Part shown: in pieces, positions 11,357-21,021 of the stretch
Layout: each line of letters opens with the position of its first letter
How positions within the stretch are numbered: the first letter of the stretch is position 1
Assembly: GCA_051306005.1 (NCBI GenBank)
Contig: JBPPMJ010000006.1
Location: 91,296 to 155,295 of the forward strand
Source: Minisyncoccota bacterium
GTDB lineage: Bacteria > Patescibacteriota > Minisyncoccia > Moranbacterales > UBA1568
Reading direction: 5' to 3'
Length of the DNA stretch: 64,000 nt
The notes under the pieces: model-generated
What the model was told of the DNA's origin: nothing
The model's database searches: none
What the model saw: only the letters and a program-made list of their open reading frames with translations
Translations under genes and position numbers: made by a program

Positions 11357-11483
11357 CAATCCTTTCAAAAAACGATTGTTCAGTGGATGTCAAGAAAGTT
11401 TTGTGGGAAAAATATAAAGAAATATACTATTCCCACAACTGCCTTCTGGACAAGAGAAAAAATTTATAGTAGAATAAAGTGCA

Positions 11484-11810
11484 ATGAAAAAGACAGATAC
11501 AACAGAAGAATTACGCATTCGGATTAAGATCAAGGCATATGACCATAAGGTTATTGATCGATCAGCGCGTAAGATTGTGGAAACTGCCGAGCGTACTGGC
11601 GCCACAATTACTGGCCCAGTACCTTTGCCGACTGATATTCATCGAGTTACCGTGAATCGTTCAACCTTTGTGCACAAGAATTCTCGGGACCAATATGAGA
11701 TGCGTGTACACAAACGATTGGTGGATATTTTGAATCCTACCGCAAAAACCATTGAAAATTTAACGAATTTGGATTTACCCGCTGGTGTCGATATCGAAAT
11801 AAAAATGTAG
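11484..11810 (+). CDS. rpsJ: 30S ribosomal protein S10
   Basis: [29 protein letters not shown]...GPVPLPT is canonical S10. Confidence 0.95.
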   Translation: MKKTDTTEELRIRIKIKAYDHKVIDRSARKIVETAERTGATITGPVPLPTDIHRVTVNRSTFVHKNSRDQYEMRVHKRLVDILNPTAKTIENLTNLDLPAGVDIEIKM

Positions 11811-11977
11811 CGCATACAAAACCTATTATCCATTGAAAAAAGAAGCTACTTGTTTAAGTCCATCTTTCTTACGAGAAAAAGAAGTCGGGTGGATACTGAA
11901 CGGGCCAGGAAAGGACTGGCTATATTTACAAGTCAGTTTTTTATTTGTAAAGATTATCTTGATAATACTGTACGACA

Positions 11978-12586
11978 ATGAAGTTTCTTCTTGGTAAAAA
12001 ACTTGGAATGACGACACTTTTTGATCCTACACAAGGTGCTTTAAACGTGACATTGATTACGTGTGAAGAAAATCGTGTTACGTTAAATCGAACTTTGGAA
12101 AAAGATGGTTATTTGGCTGTGCAAATGGAAACAAAAAAGAATGCCAAAAAAACAATTCGAAAGGAATTTCGTATTGATAAAAATATGGTATCGTGTGTTA
12201 ATCGTCAGACTCTGATCAAGGAGTTGGAACAGTATCCCGTGAATGGTAACGTGGATGTATCTTTATTTACAGTTGGAGAACAGGTACATGTTTCTGGAGT
12301 AACGAAAGCTAAAGGTTTTCAAGGTGTGGTCAAGCGATATGGTTTTAAAGGATCTCCTGCGAGTCATGGACGTGCACACGATATGCGTAAACCAGGATCT
12401 ATCGGAGCCACTTTTCCAGAGCATGTGGTGAAAGGACGTCGTATGGCGGGTCGTATGGGTGGTGTCAATATGACCGTACTTAATCTGACCGTGGTATATG
12501 TTGACCCTGCAGAAGGTATTATTGCTGTGCGTGGGGCAGTGCCAGGGGTGAATGGTCGTATTGTCAAAATTATGAGTACTAAATAA
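11978..12586 (+). CDS. rplC: 50S ribosomal protein L3
   Basis: LLGKKLGMTTLFD N-terminus and FQGVVKRYGFKG...SHGRAHDMRKPGSIG motif. Confidence 0.95.
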   Translation: MKFLLGKKLGMTTLFDPTQGALNVTLITCEENRVTLNRTLEKDGYLAVQMETKKNAKKTIRKEFRIDKNMVSCVNRQTLIKELEQYPVNGNVDVSLFTVGEQVHVSGVTKAKGFQGVVKRYGFKGSPASHGRAHDMRKPGSIGATFPEHVVKGRRMAGRMGGVNMTVLNLTVVYVDPAEGIIAVRGAVPGVNGRIVKIMSTK

Positions 12587-12590
12587 TCAT

Positions 12591-13244
12591 ATGGTTCAGA
12601 TTACTGTCAAGAATATTACTGGTCAGAAAGTGAAAGATATGGAACTGAAAAGTTTTGTTTTTGATGTTCCTGCTAATGATATTTTGGTACATCAGATTTA
12701 TGTCGCACAGATGGGTAATGCCAGAAAAGCTATCGCACATACCAAGGGACGCGGTGAACGTACAGGATCCGGCATTAAACCATGGAGACAAAAGGGTACC
12801 GGACGTGCTCGTGCTGGTGCGCTTCGAAGTCCATTATGGCGTAAGGGAGGTATTACATTTGGTCCTAATAAACATCAAAATTGGAGTAAGGATACAAATC
12901 AAAAAATGCGCCAAAAAGCTGTTATGATCGCTCTTTCAGAAAAAGTACGCGCTGGAAAATTTATTGTTCTGGATACCTTGAACTATTCTGAAAAAAAGAC
13001 GAAGTTATTTGTAGAAACATTGCGCGCTCTCGGTATTACAAATAAAAGTTTGTCCGTTTGTCTGACAGGTGGTGAACGAGCATTGACTGTTATGAGTCGG
13101 AATATTCCAAAAGTAGAAAATATACCGACAGAAATGTTGAGTGTTGTGCAATTATTAGATCGTGAATATCTTGTGATAACGGAAGCAGGTATTCAGGCGC
13201 TTGAAAGCCGTTTTGCAACTTGGGATAAGAAAAATATACAATAA
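12591..13244 (+). CDS. rplD: 50S ribosomal protein L4
   Basis: Position after rplC. GSGIKPWRQKGTGRARAG motif. Confidence 0.93.
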   Translation: MVQITVKNITGQKVKDMELKSFVFDVPANDILVHQIYVAQMGNARKAIAHTKGRGERTGSGIKPWRQKGTGRARAGALRSPLWRKGGITFGPNKHQNWSKDTNQKMRQKAVMIALSEKVRAGKFIVLDTLNYSEKKTKLFVETLRALGITNKSLSVCLTGGERALTVMSRNIPKVENIPTEMLSVVQLLDREYLVITEAGIQALESRFATWDKKNIQ

Positions 13245-13247
13245 TTT

Positions 13248-13628
13248 ATGGCTTTGTTTACCAAAAAAAATGAAGGAAAAAAGACAAAGAGGTCTTTAAA
13301 GATTCCTACTATCAAAAAAACTTTGGTAGCTAAGCCGAGTGTTTTGGCAACAAAATTGTTGGTGCGTCCACGTATTACGGAAAAAGCCTATGCTTTAAAC
13401 GGATATAACCAATACGTTTTTGTTGTTGATGCGTTTGCGACGAAAAAAACTGTTAAACGAGCAATTGAAGAAGTGTATGCGGTACAAGTGGTCAAAGTAC
13501 GTATGATACATTTGCCAGGGAAGCGTTTGATGGTAGGTAAAAAAGCCGGCACCCGCAGTACGGTTAAAAAAGCGATTGTTAGTGTGATGCAGGGTCAGTC
13601 CCTGACATTGTTTAAAGCTGGAATCTAA
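13248..13628 (+). CDS. rplW: 50S ribosomal protein L23
   Basis: RPRITEKAYAL...YVFVVDAFATKKTVKRAIEEVYAVQVVKVR core. Has an N-terminal basic extension. Confidence 0.9.
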   Translation: MALFTKKNEGKKTKRSLKIPTIKKTLVAKPSVLATKLLVRPRITEKAYALNGYNQYVFVVDAFATKKTVKRAIEEVYAVQVVKVRMIHLPGKRLMVGKKAGTRSTVKKAIVSVMQGQSLTLFKAGI

Positions 13629-13639
13629 AGAGCATTATT

Positions 13640-14467
13640 ATGGCAATCAAAATTTATAAAAAAAATCATGCTGGACGTCGATTTATGTCGGTTGTCAAGC
13701 CTGATGGAGTGACGGAAAAATCCCCAGAAAAGTCTTTGTTGGCCTCTCATGTTAAGAAGGCTGGGCGTTCCGGAGGAAAGATTTCCGTGCGACATCAGGG
13801 TGGTGGCCATAAACGTCGCTATCGCATTATTGATTTCAAGCAAGATAAGCTTGGTATTCCTGGTCGTATTTTTGCTTTGGAAAAAGATCCAAATCGTTCC
13901 AGCCTCATTGCTTTGATACATTATGCTGATGGTGAAAAACGGTATGTTTTGGCGACAGATGGTATGAAACAGGGACAAGAAATTCTTGCCGGTGAAGTGA
14001 CACCTATTGTCAATGGAAATCGTTTGTTATTGAAAAATATTCCTATCGGTACTGTGATTTGTAATATTGAAATGAAAGCAGGTAAGGGTGGACAAATTGT
14101 ACGCAGTGCTGGTACGCGGGCTACGCTTATGGCACTAGATGGTAAGATGGCTCAAATCAAATTAGCTTCTGGGGAAATTCGTTTGATGAGTAAAGAGTGT
14201 TTTGCTACATTGGGACAGGTAAGTAATTTTGAACATAGTGCGGAACGCATCGGTAAGGCTGGACGCGCACGGTGGTTAAATCATCGTCCTGTTGTTCGCG
14301 GAAGCGCTATGAATCCAGTGGATCATCCACATGGAGGTGGAGAGGGACGGCAACCAGTGGGTATGCATCCGAAAACTCCTTGGGGTAAACCAGCATTAGG
14401 CAAGAAAACACGTAAAAAGAAAAAAGCAAGTGGTCAGTATATTATAAGTCGTCGTCCGAAGAAATAG
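13640..14467 (+). CDS. rplB: 50S ribosomal protein L2
   Basis: GRNxxGxITxRHxGGGHKRxYR and VDHPHGGGEGR motifs. Confidence 0.97.
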   Translation: MAIKIYKKNHAGRRFMSVVKPDGVTEKSPEKSLLASHVKKAGRSGGKISVRHQGGGHKRRYRIIDFKQDKLGIPGRIFALEKDPNRSSLIALIHYADGEKRYVLATDGMKQGQEILAGEVTPIVNGNRLLLKNIPIGTVICNIEMKAGKGGQIVRSAGTRATLMALDGKMAQIKLASGEIRLMSKECFATLGQVSNFEHSAERIGKAGRARWLNHRPVVRGSAMNPVDHPHGGGEGRQPVGMHPKTPWGKPALGKKTRKKKKASGQYIISRRPKK

Positions 14468-14507
14468 TGTTCTCGCAGAAAATTGATCTATTAGTAAGTG
14501 AATTTCT

Positions 14508-14861
14508 ATGTCGCGAAGTCTCAAAAAAGGTCCATACGTTGATCCACGAGTGCTCAAGAAGATTGAGGGGAAAAAGTTGGGCGATCGAACAGTTATCAAA
14601 ACCTGGTCACGGGCTTGCACTATTTCTCCAGAAATGGTAGGCTTTACATTCGGCGTACATAATGGAAAGGATTTTGTGTCTGTGTTTATTGCGGAAGAAA
14701 TGGTGGGACATCGATTGGGTGAATTTTCTCCGACACGTAAGTTTATTCGGCACGGAGGAAAGATGCAAAAAGAATTGGAAGTTGCTGCGAAACAACGGGA
14801 ATTAGATGCTGCTAAAGCCGCTAAAGCTACCACCATCACTTCGAGCACTAAGAAGAAATAG
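14508..14861 (+). CDS. rpsS: 30S ribosomal protein S19, with a ~25-aa Ala/Lys-rich C-terminal extension
   Basis: [12 protein letters not shown]...[17 protein letters not shown] core, then [31 protein letters not shown]. Confidence 0.93.
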   Translation: MSRSLKKGPYVDPRVLKKIEGKKLGDRTVIKTWSRACTISPEMVGFTFGVHNGKDFVSVFIAEEMVGHRLGEFSPTRKFIRHGGKMQKELEVAAKQRELDAAKAAKATTITSSTKKK

Positions 14862-14867
14862 ACCTTT

Positions 14868-15395
14868 ATGAAAGTACATGCTACCCTCAAAAATCTGCGT
14901 ATTGCTCCGCGTAAAGTGCGTCTCGTGACTCATTCTCTTGTGGGTGTCGATGCAGAGGAGGCGAGATTACAATTGTCCAAGCAAGTCAAACGTTCATCGA
15001 GACCAATTGCTGATCTTTTGAAAAGCGCCGTAGCTAATGCAACGAATAACAATGGATTGGATGTATCAAATTTGTATGTTTTGGAAATTCGTGTTGGGGA
15101 TGGTGTTAAATTGAAACGTTGGTTACCACGCGCTTTTGGTCGTGCAACACCGTTGTTGCGACGCGCTTCCAATGTAACTATCATTTTAGATGAAAAAATT
15201 GAGGGAAAAAATCGTATTAATACGCCACAGACAAAAAAAGTCCAGAGACAGGAAACGGTTGTCTTGGAAGAAGGTGTGACAGAAGAAAAACCACTCAAGC
15301 CAATTAAGACAGGTATCAGACAGGGTGTTACCAAAGAAGCAAAACCAGTTACTGGTAAGGTAGTGAAGAAGATGTTTCAACGTAAATCTGTATAA
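14868..15395 (+). CDS. rplV: 50S ribosomal protein L22, with a ~60-aa C-terminal extension
   Basis: RIAPRKVRLV...LYVxExxVxxGxxLKRWxPRAxGRAxxxxRRxSNVTI core, plus an extra C-terminal tail. Confidence 0.9.
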   Translation: MKVHATLKNLRIAPRKVRLVTHSLVGVDAEEARLQLSKQVKRSSRPIADLLKSAVANATNNNGLDVSNLYVLEIRVGDGVKLKRWLPRAFGRATPLLRRASNVTIILDEKIEGKNRINTPQTKKVQRQETVVLEEGVTEEKPLKPIKTGIRQGVTKEAKPVTGKVVKKMFQRKSV

Positions 15396-15415
15396 ACTGA
15401 CAAATCTGCACTGTT

Positions 15416-16078
15416 ATGGGTAATAAGGTTCATCCAACTGGTATTCGTCTCGGTATTACGACTGAATGGCAGTCGCGCTGGTTCGGGACGAAAAAAATGT
15501 ATCGCAATCAATTACGCAAAGACATTGAAATGCGACATTTTATCATGGATAAATGGAAAGCGGCCGCTATTGCTTCAGTGGGTATTGAACGTTCGGCGAA
15601 TGCTGTGCGTTTGATTATTCATACAGCAAGACCAGGTGTATTGATTGGACGAGGAGGGACAGGTGCTGAAGATTTGACTCGTACTATGAAAAAAAGGTTT
15701 TTCCCAGGAAAAAAAGTAGATCTCAGAGTAGATATTCAAGAAGTGAAGAGTCCTGAAATGAATGCGGTATTGGTTGGACAACAGGTAGCGGAACAATTGG
15801 AAAAGCGTATCCCTTTCCGTCGTGTTTTGAAAACAATGCTGGATCAGGTTGAGGGGAATAAAGTAGTACAGGGTGTAAAAATTGAGATATGTGGTCGTCT
15901 CGGCGGAGCTGAAATGTCTCGCAGAGAATGGTTGTCACGAGGTAAGATCCCGCTCCACACTCTTCGTGCCGATGTTGATTTCGCATGTGTTGAGGCCCAG
16001 ACCACCTATGGTGTTATCGGTATTAAGACATGGATTTACAAGGGTGAGAAATTTGCAGAAGAAGTTGTGACAGAATAA
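15416..16078 (+). CDS. rpsC: 30S ribosomal protein S3
   Basis: [23 protein letters not shown] and a KH domain. Confidence 0.95.
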   Translation: MGNKVHPTGIRLGITTEWQSRWFGTKKMYRNQLRKDIEMRHFIMDKWKAAAIASVGIERSANAVRLIIHTARPGVLIGRGGTGAEDLTRTMKKRFFPGKKVDLRVDIQEVKSPEMNAVLVGQQVAEQLEKRIPFRRVLKTMLDQVEGNKVVQGVKIEICGRLGGAEMSRREWLSRGKIPLHTLRADVDFACVEAQTTYGVIGIKTWIYKGEKFAEEVVTE

Positions 16079-16089
16079 AAAAATCTCTT

Positions 16090-16500
16090 ATGTTGATGCC
16101 AAGGAAAGTAAAACATAGAAAGATTCATCGCGGAGGCTGGTCCGAAAGTCCAGCGACGCGCGGAAATTCCGTTAGCTTTGGAAGCTATGGACTCAAGACA
16201 TTGGAGGAAGGATTGATATCCGCTCGTCAGATCGAAGCAGCGCGTCGCGCGATGACCCGATCAATACAACGTGGTGGTAAAGTTTGGATTCGTGTCTTTC
16301 CTGATAAGCCAATGACCAAAAAGGGAGAGCAAACCCCGATGGGAAAAGGAAAGGGAAGCGTTGATCATTTTGTAGCTAAAGTACGTGCTGGAAAAATTTT
16401 GTTTGAACTTGATGGGATTCCAAAAACGGCAGCAGCAGAAGCGATGCGTCTCGCTTCGCATAAACTAGCTGTGAAAACAAAGTTTTGTGAACGTAATTGA
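16090..16500 (+). CDS. rplP: 50S ribosomal protein L16
   Basis: [12 protein letters not shown]...[27 protein letters not shown] motif. Confidence 0.95.
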   Translation: MLMPRKVKHRKIHRGGWSESPATRGNSVSFGSYGLKTLEEGLISARQIEAARRAMTRSIQRGGKVWIRVFPDKPMTKKGEQTPMGKGKGSVDHFVAKVRAGKILFELDGIPKTAAAEAMRLASHKLAVKTKFCERN

Positions 16501-16527
16501 GATTTTCAATGGACAATATTCAAGAAT

Positions 16528-16740
16528 ATGAAAGCAAAAGAATGGAGAGAAAAATCAGAGGGAGAGCGCGAGCGAATCATGCTGGATTTGCATGAGAAGC
16601 TTCGTGTACTTTCTTTTGATTTGGCGACACGTGAAGCGAAAAATCACAGCGAATATCGTAAGTTGAAAAAGGATATTGCCCGCCTCATGACTATCAAACA
16701 AGAAGAAGTGCTTTCCATCCCCATGACAGATGAACAGTAA
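16528..16740 (+). CDS. rpmC: 50S ribosomal protein L29
   Basis: Expected position after rplP and helical L29-like sequence. 70 aa. Confidence 0.85.
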   Translation: MKAKEWREKSEGERERIMLDLHEKLRVLSFDLATREAKNHSEYRKLKKDIARLMTIKQEEVLSIPMTDEQ

Positions 16741-16759
16741 CAACTCAATTATTCAATAG

Positions 16760-17026
16760 ATGTTTATGAAGAAAATTCAGAGCACCACTGTTACAGAGAA
16801 AGCGCTTAAAAAAAAGGGCGTGGTTGTGAGTGTCGCTATGAATAAAACCATCGTGGTTGCAGTCGAAACTTTGAAAATGCATCCCAAATATCTCAAGCAG
16901 TATAAGTCAACCAAAAAATATCATGTGCATACTGAGGAAAATACTCACGCCAAAGGAGATACGGTATTTTTTCAAGAATGTCGTCCAATGAGTCGCAAGA
17001 AACATCATACGATAGTCGTACTCTAA
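16760..17026 (+). CDS. rpsQ: 30S ribosomal protein S17
   Basis: [17 protein letters not shown]...HPKYxKxxKxxKKYHVH matches the S17 family. Confidence 0.9.
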   Translation: MFMKKIQSTTVTEKALKKKGVVVSVAMNKTIVVAVETLKMHPKYLKQYKSTKKYHVHTEENTHAKGDTVFFQECRPMSRKKHHTIVVL

Positions 17027-17036
17027 ATTAAGATAT

Positions 17037-17408
17037 ATGATACAAGCAGAATCCAGTTTGAAAGTTGCGGATAACAGCGGTGCCAAAAGCATCAAGTGTT
17101 TCAAGGTACTTGGTGGAACGCGCCGTCGATACGCTGCTCTAGGCGACATCATTGTTGCTTCGGTAAAATCAGCCGAACCACGTGGTATGGTTAAAAAAGG
17201 CGATAAGGTAAAAGCAGTCATTGTCCGTCAAGTGAAAGCATATCACCGAAAGGATAATTCCTATATCCGCTTTGATGAAAATGCAGCTGTCATTTTAGAT
17301 AATAATAATATTGATCCAAAGGGAACGCGCATTTTTGGTCCCGTAGCACGTGAGTTACGTGAAAAAGGATTTTCAAAGATTGTTTCTTTGGCCCCGGAAG
17401 TTTTATAA
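17037..17408 (+). CDS. rplN: 50S ribosomal protein L14
   Basis: [17 protein letters not shown] is canonical L14. Confidence 0.95.
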   Translation: MIQAESSLKVADNSGAKSIKCFKVLGGTRRRYAALGDIIVASVKSAEPRGMVKKGDKVKAVIVRQVKAYHRKDNSYIRFDENAAVILDNNNIDPKGTRIFGPVARELREKGFSKIVSLAPEVL

Positions 17409-17419
17409 CCCTTACGTAT

Positions 17420-17725
17420 ATGAAGATCAAGAAAACAGATCACGTGGAGATTATTTCTGGAAAAGATTCCGGTAAACGAGGAGAAATTCTTGCTATTTTT
17501 CCTGACACCGAGAAAGTTGTTGTGAAGGGGTTAAATATGATGAAACGTCATATTCGTGCAAAGCGAGATGGCGAGAAAGGACAGCGTATCGAAAAAGAAG
17601 CCCCCATACATGTTTCCAATGTGATGCTTGTTTGTCCTCATACTGGTAAGCCGACACGTATCGGATACAAAATGGAAGCTGGTGAAAAGGTACGTGTGAG
17701 TAAGCGCTCAGGAAAAGTCATTTAA
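17420..17725 (+). CDS. rplX: 50S ribosomal protein L24
   Basis: [26 protein letters not shown] motif. Confidence 0.9.
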   Translation: MKIKKTDHVEIISGKDSGKRGEILAIFPDTEKVVVKGLNMMKRHIRAKRDGEKGQRIEKEAPIHVSNVMLVCPHTGKPTRIGYKMEAGEKVRVSKRSGKVI

Positions 17726-17762
17726 ACTCGTGAATTGAGAAATATCTCAAGAATATTGTTCT

Positions 17763-18329
17763 ATGAAAATGCCATTGACCAAAACAACATATACCGAACA
17801 AGTCATACCCGCGCTTGCTCAAGAACTCGGAATCAAAAACCGGATGGCTATACCGCGTCTTGGAAAGATTGTTATCAATGTAGGGACCGGAAAGATTTTG
17901 AAAGACGCTAAGCGTGTTGAAGATGTCATTGCCTCATTAGAAGCTATGACGGGTCAAAAAGTTATTCAGACTAGGGCACGCAAAGCAATTGCTGGTTTCA
18001 AAACACGGGAAGGACTCGAAGTAGGCGCACGCGTTACTCTTCATGGTAAAAAAATGTGGGATTTCTTGGATCGTCTGATACATATCTCATTGCCACGCGT
18101 GCGTGATTTTCAGGGTATTCCCAAAAGCGCCATTGATCAGTACGGTAATTGTAATTTAGGTATCAAAGAGCATTTGGTGTTTCCAGAAATCGTGCCAGAA
18201 AAAGTTCAACATATTTTTAGTTTTCAGGTTAATATTGTGACTACGGCAAAAAACAAACAAGAGGGTGAAGCATTATTTCGACTCCTTGGTTTGCCGTTAC
18301 AAAAAGAGGAGATTAAGAAAGAAAAGTAA
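17763..18329 (+). CDS. rplE: 50S ribosomal protein L5
   Basis: [13 protein letters not shown]...[12 protein letters not shown] motifs. Confidence 0.95.
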   Translation: MKMPLTKTTYTEQVIPALAQELGIKNRMAIPRLGKIVINVGTGKILKDAKRVEDVIASLEAMTGQKVIQTRARKAIAGFKTREGLEVGARVTLHGKKMWDFLDRLIHISLPRVRDFQGIPKSAIDQYGNCNLGIKEHLVFPEIVPEKVQHIFSFQVNIVTTAKNKQEGEALFRLLGLPLQKEEIKKEK

Positions 18330-18345
18330 TTTTGAAACTCTATAT

Positions 18346-18531
18346 ATGGCAAAAACATCTACTGCAGCGAGAGCGCTCAAAACCCCAAAATTTTCAACCC
18401 GTATTGTGAGACGGTGTTGGAAATGTGGTCGGAAACACGGGTATCTGCGCCAATTTGATCTCTGTCGTATTTGTTTCCGAGAATTAGCCAATAAAGGCGA
18501 GGTTCCTGGAGTTAAGAAAGCCTCATGGTAA
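18346..18531 (+). CDS. rpsN: 30S ribosomal protein S14, type Z (zinc-binding, 61 aa)
   Basis: Internal ATG of the track ORF 18265..18531. [46 protein letters not shown] carries the CxxC...CxxC zinc motif. Confidence 0.88.
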   Translation: MAKTSTAARALKTPKFSTRIVRRCWKCGRKHGYLRQFDLCRICFRELANKGEVPGVKKASW

Positions 18532-18547
18532 TTGTAAATCATACAGT

Positions 18548-18952
18548 ATGTTAGATCCAATCGCAGACATGTTAACAAGAATTCGCAATGCGCAAGCTGC
18601 CGGTCATACCACTGTAGCGATGCCTGGTTCGAAGTTGAAATATACTATCGCTAAAATTCTTGAACGCGAAGGTTTTGTGGAACGTGTGGAAAAAACGTTG
18701 GAAGATACCCATGAAACTCTCTCTTTGGGACTCCGCTATAATACTCTTTCTCCAACGAAAAAAGCACCTGCCATTCGTGAGGTGGCACGGGTCAGTAAAC
18801 AGGGACGTCGAGTGTATGTGAAAAAAAATGAAATTCAGAAAGTGAAGAATGGATATGGCATTGCTATTGTATCGACATCACAAGGGGTGATGACTGGTGC
18901 TGAAGCCTATCGTCGAGGTCTTGGTGGTGAATATCTCTGCCGATTGTGGTAA
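18548..18952 (+). CDS. rpsH: 30S ribosomal protein S8
   Basis: MLDPIADMLTRIRNA is canonical S8. Confidence 0.95.
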   Translation: MLDPIADMLTRIRNAQAAGHTTVAMPGSKLKYTIAKILEREGFVERVEKTLEDTHETLSLGLRYNTLSPTKKAPAIREVARVSKQGRRVYVKKNEIQKVKNGYGIAIVSTSQGVMTGAEAYRRGLGGEYLCRLW

Positions 18953-18979
18953 TATGAATTGTATAAAGGGAAGATTATT

Positions 18980-19519
18980 ATGAGTAGAATTGGAAAAAAA
19001 CCAGTCAGTATTCCGGAAGGCGTTAAGCTTACCTTGCCATCTGCGTATACCGTTACGGTCGTTGGTCCAAAAGGGTCTCTCAGTTTTTCGTATCCTCGTG
19101 AAGTTAAAATCATAGTGGAAGATAGTGAGGCGATAGTGAAAAAAGTAGGTGATACTAAAAAAGCACGAGCCATCTGGGGTACCACAGCCAAGATGCTAGC
19201 GAATATGATGCAGGGCGTGACGGAAGGTTTCAGTAAACAACTCGAATTGAATGGTGTCGGATTTCGCATGTTGGTAAACGGTCAAAAAATTGTCTTAGCG
19301 CTTGGTTTTTCTCATCCAGTCGAGGTGACAATTATCAATGGAATAGAAGCGAAAGTAGAAGGCAATATATTGACGATTTCTGGTATTGATAAACAACAGG
19401 TAGGTGAATTTTCGGCTAATCTGAAGAAACTAAAGCCTGTAGAGCCCTATAAAGGAAAAGGTTTTCGGTATGTCGGAGAGACGGTACGTCGCAAGGAGGG
19501 CAAGAAAAATGCGGCTTAA
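18980..19519 (+). CDS. rplF: 50S ribosomal protein L6
   Basis: MSRIGKKPVSIPEGV. The start is placed at the internal ATG, preceded by an AAGGGAAG SD. The track ORF begins 21 nt earlier. Confidence 0.93.
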   Translation: MSRIGKKPVSIPEGVKLTLPSAYTVTVVGPKGSLSFSYPREVKIIVEDSEAIVKKVGDTKKARAIWGTTAKMLANMMQGVTEGFSKQLELNGVGFRMLVNGQKIVLALGFSHPVEVTIINGIEAKVEGNILTISGIDKQQVGEFSANLKKLKPVEPYKGKGFRYVGETVRRKEGKKNAA

Positions 19520-19540
19520 TGAATTATTTTGTAATAGCAT

Positions 19541-19897
19541 ATGTTAAAGCAAAAGATGAAAAAAACGCAAAGAGTAATGCGCAAGCGTCGGATCCGTGCT
19601 AAAATTATAGGTACGGCTACCTGTCCGCGCCTCTCCGTGTTTCGGAGTCTGCGCTTTATTTCCGTTCAGGCAATTGATGATACGACTGGCACAACATTAG
19701 CGCATGCACATTTGAAAGAGGCTGGAATCAATGTGCAGGATACAGTCATCGGAGCTGCCGCCGTTGGCAAAATCATTGCAGAGCGCCTGACTGTTTTGGG
19801 TATTACTACCGCTGTTTTTGATCGTTCTGGATATAAATATCATGGTAAGGTGAAAGCGTTAGCAGAAGCGGTGAGAGAAAATGGATTGCAGTGTTAA
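19541..19897 (+). CDS. rplR: 50S ribosomal protein L18
   Basis: Basic N-terminus RKRRIRAKI...PRLSVFRSLRFISVQAIDD matches L18. Confidence 0.9.
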   Translation: MLKQKMKKTQRVMRKRRIRAKIIGTATCPRLSVFRSLRFISVQAIDDTTGTTLAHAHLKEAGINVQDTVIGAAAVGKIIAERLTVLGITTAVFDRSGYKYHGKVKALAEAVRENGLQC

Positions 19898-19931
19898 AAT
19901 CAGTATAATCAAAGTGTTTCTAAGTATTATT

Positions 19932-20444
19932 ATGGCGAAACAAGCAAAAAAAATGGGAAGGCGCGAGAAACCAGAGTTCGATCAGAAATTGCTGGACTTG
20001 GCGCGTGTTACACGTGTTGTTAAGGGTGGCCGACGTTTTCGTTTTCGTGCTACATTGGTGATTGGCAACCGCAAAGGTAAAGTAGGTGTTGGTGTGGCAA
20101 AGGGATCAGATGTATCTGATGCTATTCAAAAAGCTTTTAATGATGCCAAGAAAAATATGGTAACCATTGAATTGGATGGTACTACAATCACGCATGATAT
20201 TTTTGCCAAATTAGGAGCCTCTAAAGTATTGTTACGCCCTGCTTCCGAGGGGCGTGGAGTTATTGCTGGTGGAGCAGTTCGTGCGGTAGTGGATTTATTG
20301 GGAGTCAAAGATGTTGTTTCTAAATCTTTAGGATCATCCAATCCATTGAATGTAGCTCGTGTGACTATTAAGGCTTTGCAATTGTTGCAAGCACCGCGCC
20401 AGGCGAAGACGGTAATTGTCCCAGAGGCAGTTTCACTGGTATAA
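19932..20444 (+). CDS. rpsE: 30S ribosomal protein S5
   Basis: VTRVVKGGRRFRFRATLVIGNRKGKVGVGVAKG core. The start is at the internal ATG. Confidence 0.93.
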   Translation: MAKQAKKMGRREKPEFDQKLLDLARVTRVVKGGRRFRFRATLVIGNRKGKVGVGVAKGSDVSDAIQKAFNDAKKNMVTIELDGTTITHDIFAKLGASKVLLRPASEGRGVIAGGAVRAVVDLLGVKDVVSKSLGSSNPLNVARVTIKALQLLQAPRQAKTVIVPEAVSLV

Positions 20445-20467
20445 GGATTTTTTATTAAAGATGTATT

Positions 20468-20890
20468 ATGCAGATTCATCAAATTACAGGAGTCAAAAAA
20501 AAGGAACGTAAACGTATTGGACGTGGCGGAAAACGGGGGACCACTGCTGGTCGTGGGAGTAATGGTCAAAAATCTCGTTCTGGTGCTTCAGTAGACCCTT
20601 TATTTGAAGGTGGACGCTCTACTTTTGTAGAACGCTTGAAAAAAGTACGTGGTTTTCGATCTTTGCATCCGAAAAAGTGTTTAGTGACTTTGACGAGTCT
20701 GGAGCGTGCCTGTACCAATGGAGAAGTAATTACTTTGGATGTATTATTAGAGAAACAACTGGTACCCAAGACGGCTATGAAACGTGGTGTCAAGATTGTA
20801 GCAACAGGCGTATTGAAAAAACAATTGATTCTTGGAGAGGGTATTCAGGCTTCTGAAAAAGCTAAAACTTCATTTCAGCACAAACCCTAG
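20468..20890 (+). CDS. rplO: 50S ribosomal protein L15
   Basis: KKERKRIGRGGKRGTTAGRGSNGQKSRSG motif. It follows rpsE after a 23-nt gap. Confidence 0.9.
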   Translation: MQIHQITGVKKKERKRIGRGGKRGTTAGRGSNGQKSRSGASVDPLFEGGRSTFVERLKKVRGFRSLHPKKCLVTLTSLERACTNGEVITLDVLLEKQLVPKTAMKRGVKIVATGVLKKQLILGEGIQASEKAKTSFQHKP

Positions 20891-21021
20891 TTTTTTGCGT
20901 TGTAGAAAGTAATTAGACACCTTCCGATGTGTTTCATACATGTATTATCAAGCATCATTTGATTTTTCCAGTGCCTTTAAGATATAGTGAGTGTGTAATT
21001 ATCCGGAAATGATACTTTTTC

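Noticed and set aside
11401-11450. Imperfect hairpin (TTGTGGGAA...TTCCCACAA) between tuf and rpsJ as a terminator or attenuator
   Set aside because: It has a 9-bp stem, but a ~22-nt loop and no T-run. It does not look like a canonical intrinsic terminator. It may still be regulatory, but the evidence is weak.
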